Below are positions 34,552 to 43,600 of a stretch of DNA of 64,000 bases, piece after piece. Numbering within the stretch: the first letter of the stretch is position 1; each line of letters starts with the position of its first letter. The position numbers were made by a program, and so were the translations under genes. Under the pieces are notes generated by a model. It was given only the letters and a program-made list of their open reading frames with translations, did not search any database and was not told where the DNA came from. Source of the DNA: Chitinophagaceae bacterium (GTDB taxonomy: Bacteria > Bacteroidota > Bacteroidia > Chitinophagales > Chitinophagaceae); assembly GCA_027486835.1 (NCBI GenBank), contig JAIXOJ010000031.1, forward strand, positions 23,937-87,936, in the 5' to 3' direction.

Positions 34552-35958
34552 CTAATTACGCTTTACTAGTTGTGCAACAAGGTCTGCTTCGGTAGTTACT
34601 TTTCCATTAACATACACGGTGCCTCTCATGCTGCAAATGCCTCTTCTTATTGGTTCTAACAATTCCATTTTTAAAATCATGGTATCGCCAGGAATCACCT
34701 TTTGTTTGAATTTGCAATTATCAATTTTCAAAAAATAAGTATCAAATTGTCCTTCAGGCATTAGGTTAATGCAAAGAATACCACCCGTTTGTGCCAAAGC
34801 CTCAATTTGAAGTACTCCTGGCATAACAGGATTATTTGGAAAGTGTCCTTGGAAAAACCACTCATTAAAAGTGACGTTCTTAATGCCAATGATATGCTTA
34901 TCAGATAGTTCCGTAACCTTATCTACTAATAAGAAAGGGAATCGGTGAGGTAAAGTTTTCTCAATTTTTTCCAAATTGAAAACGGGAGGGAGGGAAGGAT
35001 TATAAACAGGTACGTCTTTAACGTGCTTGTTCTTTTTTATGTATTGTTTAATTTTTTTCGCAAAAGCAACGTTTGAACTATGTCCAGGTCTGTTGGCAAT
35101 AATTCTCGCTTTTATAGGGTAGCCTATCAAGGCTAAATCACCCACCACGTCTAAGAGTTTATGCCTAGCGGGTTCATTGGGAAACCTTAGTTCTAGGTTA
35201 TTCAAATAGCCTTCAGTTTTCACTTCAATTTTATCTCTGTTGAAAACCTTGGCAAGCCGAGCCATTTCTTGGTCAGATACCTGCCTGTCCACCACAACAA
35301 TGGCATTATTGATATCCCCACCTTTTATTAAATCATGCTCTAAAAGCATTTCCAACTCATGTAAAAAGCAAAAGGTTCTGCAAGGGGCAATCTCTGTTTT
35401 AAAATCACTGATTCTTTTTAGCCCCGCATGTTGCGTACCCAGCACAGGGCTATTGAAATCGATAAGGGTAGTAATCTGATACTCCATGGAAGGCAAAGCC
35501 ACCATTTCTACTCGTTTTTGCTCATCGTAGTGGAATATATTTTCATCTATACTGTACCAAGCTTTTGCAGCATCTTGTTCTGTTACTCCTGCTTTTTCTA
35601 TAAGTTCAATAAAAGGATGAGAACTTCCATCCATTATGGGGATTTCTGGGCCATCTAGTTCTATAAGTGCATTGTCAACACCCATTCCTACTAACGCCGC
35701 CAGTATATGTTCAACTGTACTTACCTTGGCATCACCCACTTGGAGGGTGGTACCTCTGCTGGTGTCAGTTACCAAATCGCAATCAGCTTTTATTAAAGGT
35801 TGGTTAGGTAAATCTATTCTTTGAAATTGTAATCCAAATCCTGGATTAGCTGGTTTAAGGGTCATGCCAACCAAGATTCCCGTGTGTAAACCTGTTCCAG
35901 TAATATTTATAGAACCACTTATGGTGTGCTGTTTGTCCGGGTTAAAGTTTATATCCAT
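34552..35958 (-). CDS. lpxC/fabZ: Bifunctional UDP-3-O-acyl-GlcNAc deacetylase / 3-hydroxyacyl-ACP dehydratase (Bacteroidota-type LpxC–FabZ fusion)
   Basis: N-terminal LpxC (GTGLHTG...) and C-terminal FabZ hotdog (FFQGHFPNNPVMPGVLQIEALAQTGGI). 468 aa. Confidence 0.9.
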   Translation of the reverse strand: MDINFNPDKQHTISGSINITGTGLHTGILVGMTLKPANPGFGLQFQRIDLPNQPLIKADCDLVTDTSRGTTLQVGDAKVSTVEHILAALVGMGVDNALIELDGPEIPIMDGSSHPFIELIEKAGVTEQDAAKAWYSIDENIFHYDEQKRVEMVALPSMEYQITTLIDFNSPVLGTQHAGLKRISDFKTEIAPCRTFCFLHELEMLLEHDLIKGGDINNAIVVVDRQVSDQEMARLAKVFNRDKIEVKTEGYLNNLELRFPNEPARHKLLDVVGDLALIGYPIKARIIANRPGHSSNVAFAKKIKQYIKKNKHVKDVPVYNPSLPPVFNLEKIEKTLPHRFPFLLVDKVTELSDKHIIGIKNVTFNEWFFQGHFPNNPVMPGVLQIEALAQTGGILCINLMPEGQFDTYFLKIDNCKFKQKVIPGDTMILKMELLEPIRRGICSMRGTVYVNGKVTTEADLVAQLVKRN

Positions 35959-36167
35959 TAAAATTATTTTTCAAGGGCGCAAAAATAAGCCTTCACACGA
36001 GGTTTTGAATAATTGTTTTTTACAACGAAAAGCAGGTGCTTTTACTATGCTGTTGTGTAATAAACCATCTGTACATAAATAACTAAGGAACAGAATTTAC
36101 ACGTAAAAAGTAATGGAGAATACTTTTTTTGGCAAAATAGATGTAGGTACATATATTTGCGCCTACA

Positions 36168-36626
36168 ATGAAATTAGAAGAGGCAATAAAGAGTTCAAAA
36201 TTTAAAAGTGAAGTGCATAAAGCAGTGCTGCATGTGCTTTATACTGCATGGTGGCTTAAAACTTTAACGGTAAAAGAGTTGAAGCAATTTGGTATTACTC
36301 ACGAACAGTACAATGTTTTGAGAATTCTAAAAGGTAAACATCCTGAAACAATGTGTGTGAAAGATATTGCTAGCAGAATGATTGAAAAGAACTCCAATGT
36401 GCCGAGAATAATTGACAGACTGGTGGCTAAACAGCTTGTAGAACGTAATAATTCGGAAAGGGATAAAAGGGAGACGGTGATGCAAATTACCCAGAAAGGG
36501 ATGGAACTGTTAGTAGCCTCTACAGAGGTAATGGAGAATAAATATGTCAACTGTTTTACATTACCAGAAGAGGATGCAGTCGTTTTAAACGATTTATTAG
36601 AAAAAATACGGGCAGTAAACCTGTAG
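36168..36626 (+). CDS. MarR-family transcriptional regulator
   Basis: Winged-helix core ...VKDIASRMIEKNSNVPRIIDRLVAKQLVERNNSERDKRETVMQITQKG. Confidence 0.75.
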   Translation: MKLEEAIKSSKFKSEVHKAVLHVLYTAWWLKTLTVKELKQFGITHEQYNVLRILKGKHPETMCVKDIASRMIEKNSNVPRIIDRLVAKQLVERNNSERDKRETVMQITQKGMELLVASTEVMENKYVNCFTLPEEDAVVLNDLLEKIRAVNL

Positions 36627-36677
36627 TTTTTTTTACCCTAATACATGTATATACACTTAAATTAAAAGAATAAAAAA

Positions 36678-37388
36678 ATGAAAACAATTTTGCACAAAGC
36701 TGACTCTAGAGGTCATGCAAATCATGGGTGGTTAAATAGCCATCATACCTTCAGTTTCGCTGGTTATTACGATCCATCAAGGATGCACTTTGGAGCATTG
36801 CGTGTACTAAATGATGACACGGTGGCTCCTGGAATGGGTTTTGGAAAACATCCACATGACAATATGGAGATTGTATCCATACCGCTAAGTGGTAATTTAG
36901 AACATCAGGATACCACCGGACGCAATGAGATTATTATGCAAGGTGATGTACAAATCATGAATGCGGGTAGTGGGATTGCCCATAGCGAAAAAAATGCTAG
37001 CAGAACAGAAGATGTAAAGTTTTTACAGATTTGGGTGATGCCAAAAGAAAAAAACATTCCGCCTCGGTACGAACAAAAATCATTTCCTTTAAATGAAAGG
37101 AAAAACAAGTTAACAACTGTGGTAGCGCCCGATGATGCACAAGCCGTTTGGATAAACCAGAATGCTTGGTTTACACTTGGGGCTCTTGACAAAGAAACAA
37201 CAGCTCAATATCAATTGCACCAGCAGCAAAATGGCGTATATGCATTTGTAATTAGAGGGAATGTCTCACTAAATGGTGTTGAACTTTCTGAAAGAGATGG
37301 ACTTGGGATTACAGAATCTAGCACCATAGATATAACCGCTGTATCCAATACAGAGGTATTGTTCATTGAAGTTCCTATGACCTTTTAA
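36678..37388 (+). CDS. Pirin-family cupin protein
   Basis: GFGKHPHDNMEIVSIPLSG and the pirin metal-binding His pattern. Confidence 0.75.
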   Translation: MKTILHKADSRGHANHGWLNSHHTFSFAGYYDPSRMHFGALRVLNDDTVAPGMGFGKHPHDNMEIVSIPLSGNLEHQDTTGRNEIIMQGDVQIMNAGSGIAHSEKNASRTEDVKFLQIWVMPKEKNIPPRYEQKSFPLNERKNKLTTVVAPDDAQAVWINQNAWFTLGALDKETTAQYQLHQQQNGVYAFVIRGNVSLNGVELSERDGLGITESSTIDITAVSNTEVLFIEVPMTF

Positions 37389-37392
37389 ATAA

Positions 37393-38298
37393 ATGATAAT
37401 GACCAACTATCGTTCTGTTCAACAGATAATACACGCTGAAATGATTGACATGGGTGGCTTTCCAGTAAGGCAGGCTTTTCCTTCTAATAAGGCAGGCCAA
37501 ATTGACCCATTTTTATTGCTGCACCATGCCAAAGTAAAAGTGCCAACACATATTCCTACCAGTAAGGCAGGCGTTGGGCCACACCCGCATAGGGGCTTTT
37601 CACCAGTCACGTTTATTTTTGAGGGTGGGGTACATCACCAAGATTCTAGGGGAAACAACAACATTGTTTATGAAGGAGGTATCCAATGGATGAATGCTGG
37701 CATGGGAATAATTCACAGTGAACGACCACCGCACAATATTCAGGAAATAGGGGGTGTACAGGAAATCATACAGTTATGGGTAAATACTCCTGCTGCTCAT
37801 AAGCTTGACCAGCCGCAATATATACCTGCTGCAAAAAATGAGATACCCTTTATTGAAACTGCCGATGGATTAGCTAGAGTGAACCTAATTTCTGGTGAAT
37901 TAAATGGAGTGAAAGGGGTTATTCCAACATTTACTGAGGTAAACACTTTTACAGGAACTTTCCAAAAAGGAGGGAGTTTCGAATTTGTTATTCCACAAGC
38001 ACATAATGCGTTCATTTACTTGCTAAGCGGTGAAATTTCCATAGAAACCGCTGCTGGTGCGGAATCTATAAAGAGCAACTATATAGCGGTGTTCAACAAT
38101 GACGGAAATGCTTTTAGCATCACAGCAACAGAAGATGCGAGGATTTTTATTGGTTCTGGCCTGCCTTTGAACGAACCCATAGCTGCTCATGGGCCATTTG
38201 TGATGAACAACCAAACAGAAATTTTGGAAGCATTTAGAGATTATCAGCTAGGCAAAATGGGCGTACTAATCGAAGACGGCGAACCTGTGGAAGTTTAG
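37393..38298 (+). CDS. Pirin-family cupin protein (second paralog, 4 bp after the first)
   Basis: GVGPHPHRGFSPVTFIFEGGVHHQDSRGN. Confidence 0.75.
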   Translation: MIMTNYRSVQQIIHAEMIDMGGFPVRQAFPSNKAGQIDPFLLLHHAKVKVPTHIPTSKAGVGPHPHRGFSPVTFIFEGGVHHQDSRGNNNIVYEGGIQWMNAGMGIIHSERPPHNIQEIGGVQEIIQLWVNTPAAHKLDQPQYIPAAKNEIPFIETADGLARVNLISGELNGVKGVIPTFTEVNTFTGTFQKGGSFEFVIPQAHNAFIYLLSGEISIETAAGAESIKSNYIAVFNNDGNAFSITATEDARIFIGSGLPLNEPIAAHGPFVMNNQTEILEAFRDYQLGKMGVLIEDGEPVEV

Positions 38299-38384
38299 CA
38301 GAAACATTTTGAGTTTTTTATTGAGTTTTTTATTTAATCATTAACCGCCTCTTTTAAAAAAACAGAGGCACAATTTTTACAATT

Positions 38385-38912
38385 ATGGCTATTTACAAAT
38401 TAGACGCTTTACACAGCGAAATCACTTTTAAAGTGAAACACTTGATGATCAGTACAGTTACTGGCAGTTTTACGCAATTTGACGCCACAATGGAAGCTGA
38501 ATCAGATGATTTTAGCGATGCTACCATTCATTTTTCGGCGAATGTGGGGAGTATTTCAACAGGTAATGAACAGCGGGATGGACACTTGAAGAGTGACGAT
38601 TTCTTTGCAGCGGAAAAATTTCCAACGTTGAGTTTTGTGGGTACTTCTTTTAAAAAAGTAACCGATAGCAATTATGAATTGTTGGGCAATTTGACAATTA
38701 AAGAAGTTACCCAGCCTGTTACACTTGCGGTAGAGTACGGCGGTGCAATGACGGATTTTTATGGTCAATCAAAAGTTGGTTTTGACATCACGGGCAAGAT
38801 TAGCCGTTCTGCTTTTGGATTAACTTGGAGCGCAGTAACTGAAGCTGGCGGGGTGGTTGTGAGCGATGAAGTAAAGCTTCAGTTGGCAGTACAATTGGTA
38901 AAGCAAGGATAA
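38385..38912 (+). CDS. YceI-family protein
   Basis: YKLDALHSEITFKVKHLMISTVTGSFTQFDATME. The YceI beta-barrel signature, with a length of about 175 aa. Confidence 0.7.
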   Translation: MAIYKLDALHSEITFKVKHLMISTVTGSFTQFDATMEAESDDFSDATIHFSANVGSISTGNEQRDGHLKSDDFFAAEKFPTLSFVGTSFKKVTDSNYELLGNLTIKEVTQPVTLAVEYGGAMTDFYGQSKVGFDITGKISRSAFGLTWSAVTEAGGVVVSDEVKLQLAVQLVKQG

Positions 38913-38954
38913 TAAAAAGAAAAGGGTAATTTTTACACTTAAATTAATATAAAG

Positions 38955-39320
38955 ATGGCTATTGTTAAACAAATTCCGGCGTTGTTGCTAGGGTTATTAT
39001 TTGTAGTTTTTGGAGCGATTTTCTTTTTACACCTACCCATGCCCCCGATGGATGGTGATGCCGCGGCTTTTTCTGGGTTACTGTATAAAACAGGCTATTT
39101 GACTATAGTTAAGGTATTAGAAGTTGCCATAGGAATTTTGCTTTTAGTTAAGCCTACACGTGCGTTGGGCTTGGTTTTGATTGCACCGATTGTTGTAAAT
39201 ATTTGTTTGTTTGAGTTGCTAATTGCACAGAAACCCGGTATTGGAGTGGCTTTGGTCTTGGTGAACGCAGTTGGTATCTTTTTAGCTAAAGAAAAGTACT
39301 TAGGAATCATCAAATCATAA
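38955..39320 (+). CDS. Small integral membrane protein (possibly DoxX-like)
   Basis: 121 aa with three or four predicted TM helices. DoxX/YceI adjacency is common. Confidence 0.4.
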   Translation: MAIVKQIPALLLGLLFVVFGAIFFLHLPMPPMDGDAAAFSGLLYKTGYLTIVKVLEVAIGILLLVKPTRALGLVLIAPIVVNICLFELLIAQKPGIGVALVLVNAVGIFLAKEKYLGIIKS

Positions 39321-39649
39321 TTGAACGCTAACAAAGGAAGGTTTCATCAACTATTTAATTGCGCCTGTTTATGGTATTAATATACTATAAACAGGCGCAG
39401 TTTTTTGCAGTAAACCATTGTGCATAATCTGCAACCAATTTTTATCTAATTGCCTTTGGTGCGATAAATTCTGCATTGAAAACTTGGCCACTTCAAGTAA
39501 ATAATCCAACTAAAGATGTTGTTTAAAATCCGTCATTAATTTACTCATGCATTTGTTGTATAAATGTGTGGTTAAAAAATTCATTCCTCATGTTTTATGT
39601 ACCTCTGACAACAACTTTTTTACTGGTTTGAAGAGGGAAAGCTTTGACT

Positions 39650-40250
39650 TAAAAATGGGTATATATTTATTGCGCACGAATCTGAGCAACCCTAACATGC
39701 CAATACATTAAATGCGCATTAATTTATTTGGCTTGAACTCAGGCATATATATATTGAGCATTAATGCGTAGGGCTTAAACATGTGGCATACATATAACGA
39801 GCATTAATGCGAGTGTATTAAACATTCAAATTGTTAATGAAAACATCGTTAATACGCACGTGAACATGAGCCTTACTAACGCAAACACGTTCATCACATA
39901 CGTGAACATTAGCATTACAGATGTAAACACAGACATCACACACGTGAGCATGATGATTACTGACGTGAACATGACCATTTTGTACGTGAACATGCGCATT
40001 AATATAAACAACACTAATGCAAGAAAAGAAAAAACGGATGAAAGAGACGTGAACATAAGCTTTATAGACACAAACATGAACTTTAGAGAGGTGAACACGG
40101 GGGAAAGAGATGTGAAAACATAGGATAAAGACATGAACACGGAAGAAAGAAACGAGAACACATAGGATAGAGACGTAAACATGAATGTTAGAGACGTGAT
40201 CACGGAAATAATGAGCATGATTAAGCGTTGATGGAATGCGGAAATACCGT
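39650..40250. repeat. Degenerate direct-repeat region with ~21-bp periodicity (core A(G/C)ACGTGAACATG, about 17 copies) preceded by gcattaatgcg-type repeats
   Basis: Read directly from the sequence. Low-complexity His/Val-rich ORFs on both strands are artefacts of the repeat. Confidence 0.7.
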
Positions 40251-40658
40251 TGCACTAAGTGAAATGGTACTGCTTTGCCAAACTGTAGCGCCTGAATGAT
40301 GGGTGCGGTGTATTTGTAAAAAGGTGTTTGAAAAAAGAAAGGTAATGTAATTTAAACTGCTTCAGGTTCTTCCCCCCAGCCCCTCGCATAAGGTGAGGGG
40401 CATAGCGAACGACTTTTATGTACTCTTCCTCATTTAAAATGGGAGTGCTACTAGCCTTAATTTTTTCTTTTTAGCAGCAAGAACCATTCATGGAATTCAT
40501 CCATAATTCAGCGTTTGCCGAAAAAGTGTAGGATATATGTTATCGTATGTATAAAACCCTATTTTTACTGCACCCACTTTTAGAGAATGGGTAATGGGAG
40601 TGTTGGCTCATTAATGTATTGATTACACCTTTTTTAAAAATAAATTAATCATAAAACC

Positions 40659-43600
40659 GTGTTTAGCATGAAACAGAGAAAGCCACTAGTTTGGTTAGTA
40701 GGTATGTCGTTAGTTGTGTTTTTTTCAACTATTCATTTAAGCTTTGGCAAAGCTGTATTTGCCAACCATAAAGAGGATAGAATTACTACCCCTCCATCGA
40801 ACAAACAAGCAACTCATGCAGTAAATGAACTTGAGCGTAAGCAAAGAATCCCTATTAGCCCCACCGCTACCCCAACCATTAGTTCCTTTTCGCCCGCCAT
40901 TGCCTGCCCTGGCAGTACGGTGAATATTGTGGGTACTGATTTTACTGGGGCTACTGCTGTACGATTTGGGGGTGTTGCTGCGGCTTCTTTTGTTGTTAAT
41001 TCTGCCACGAGCATTTCGGCTGTTGTGGCTGCGGGGGGTGTCAATGGCGTGGTTACTGTCACTACCCCAAGCGGCACTGCTACTAGTGCCACCAGTTTTT
41101 CAGTGGGTAGCGGCACGGTGGCTTATGCCTATATGACCAACTATGCCGACAATAATGTGAGCATCGTTAATACATCCACAGGTGTTGTTAGTTCCACCCT
41201 TGCCGTGGGTGCAACGCCATCTGGTGTAGCGGTTAACCCAAGTGCTACACGCGTCTATATTGCCAATTCAGGCGATAATACCATTAGTGTTATCAATACA
41301 AGCACCAATACTGTATCTGCCACTATTACTGTTGGTACCCAACCAGTAGGCATAGTGGTAAGCCCAGATGGCAGCAAGTTATACGTGACCAATTTTGGAG
41401 AAAACACCGTTAGCGTTATAAATACTAGCACAAACACCGTAACTACAACTCTAACGGTGGGCAGTGGTCCTACCGCCATTGTTATAGCTCCAGATGGCAC
41501 CAAAGTGTATGTGGCCAATAGTTTTGCCAATACCGTTAGCGTCATCAATACTTCCAACAACACCGTTAGCACACCGATGGTATTTACTGCTTTCACTTAC
41601 CCTGCGGGGCTTAGTATCAACAGTACAGGTACCGTTTTGTATGTGGCCAATCAATTTAAGAATACGGTTAGCTTCATCAGCACTGCAAGCAATACCATTA
41701 CAAAAACCGTTGCTGTAGGCAAAAACCCTATAGGATTAACCCTAAGTTCAGACAATGCCACGCTTTATGTGGCCAACAATGGTGGTAATTCTGTGAGCGT
41801 GGTGAATACAACAACAGCAACAGCTACTGCTACGGTTAACGTAGGTAGTGCACCCTTCGGATTGAGCGTTACACCCGACGGCTCTAAAGTGTATGTGGCA
41901 AATAATGGAGGCAACACGGTTAGCGTTATTAATACGAGCAACAATACGGCTGGAACATCTATTACCGTTGGTGGGTCACCTTTTGGTTTTGGTAATTTTA
42001 TGGCTAGTGTTGTTACCCCTTGTTTACCCACTATCAGTTCATTTACCCCCACCACAGCAGCTTTAGGCACAACAGTAACCATTTCGGGTACTAATTTATC
42101 AGGAGCCACAGGGGTGAAGTTTGGAGGTGTGGCTGCCACTTCTTTTTCGGTAATTAACAGCACTACCATTACTGCGGTAGTGGGTAGTGGTGCTACTGGG
42201 GATGTAGCTGTTACTACTTCTGGCGGTACTGCTACTAAAAGCGGTTTTACTTTTTGTACTAACGTTACCCCATCTGTTACCATTTCTGCAAGTGCTGCTA
42301 CCATTTGCTCAGGGAGTAGCGTCACTTTTACCGCAGTACCCACAAACGGAGGTAGTAGCCCTAGCTATCAGTGGAAAAAATTCAACACCAATGTGGGTAC
42401 CAATAGTGCCACTTTTACTACTTCCACCTTGGCCAATGGTGATTCTATATTGTGTGTAATGACCGCTAACAATGCCTGCCAAACCACCCCTACGGCAACA
42501 AGCAAACTTATTGGTGTAAGTGTGTATGCCACACCCGCTTCGCCATTTATATCGGGTGGCACTTGCGTGGGCAGTACTTTACAGGTGACCCCATCTAACA
42601 ATCTATCGCAGATTGATTGGCGACTTAACGGAAACACCATAAGTTCTGTGACCAATTTCGGAAGCAGTGGCAACACGTTCGCTGGGGGTAATGGTAGTGG
42701 TAGTGGCGTTAGCCAATTGAATTTGCCTATTGGGGTAATGCTCGATAATGCAGGCAATGTATATGTGAGTGATGGCAGTAACAACCGTGTTGTAAAATGG
42801 GCACCTGGTGCTTCAACTGGGGTAGTGGTAGCTGGGGGCAATGGTGCAGGCAATGGCTTAAAGCAATTACAATTTCCCGAAGGCATTTATGTGGACGGAA
42901 GCAATAGCGTATATGTAGCCGATAATAATAATCACCGAGTTGTGAAATGGACTTCTGGTGCTTCGGCAGGCGTATTGGTGGCTGGTGGAAATGGCCAAGG
43001 CAGTGCCGCCAACCAATTAAATTATCCCGATGGTATTTATGTGGATGCCAATGCTACAATATACATTGCCGATGCCTTTAACCACCGCATTCAAAAATGG
43101 ACGGCTGGGGCAACCACAGGTGTTACGGTTGCAGGAACTGGCATCAGTGGTAGCGGAGCCAGCCAATTAAATTCACCCTTAGGCGTGTTTGTGGATGGAG
43201 TAGGTACGGTTTACATAGCCGATTTCAACAATCATAGAGTACAAAAATGGACGGCTGGTGCATCATCTGGTGTTACGGTAGCGGGAGGCAATGGCCAAGG
43301 TAGTGCGGCTAACCAATTGAACAATCCAACTAGTGTATATGCCGACGAAGTGGGCAATGTGTATGTATCTGATTATGGTAACCACCGTGTTCAAAAATGG
43401 ACAGTGGGAGCTACCACTGGCGTTACCGTTGCTGGGGGCAATGGCAATGGCATTACCGCCCTTCAATTATCTAACCCCAACGGTATTTATTTAGATGGAT
43501 CTGGTAACTTATATGTAGCCGATGGGGGCAATAACCGTGTACAAGGGTATGCCGCAGGAGCTATTAAAAGCAACAGCTACACTACCACCGCGGCCGGTAC

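Noticed and set aside
33640-35958. Missing lpxD next to lpxC/fabZ–lpxA as a possible anomaly
   Set aside because: lpxD is frequently encoded elsewhere in Bacteroidota genomes. The divergent MarR gene upstream is an ordinary neighbour, so this is not noteworthy.
39818-40255. Overlapping ORFs on both strands encoding His/Val-rich (HVHV) peptides
   Set aside because: They arise from the degenerate ACGTGAACATG repeat tract. Both strands are open, the composition is extreme, and the ORFs mutually overlap. This argues against genuine coding.
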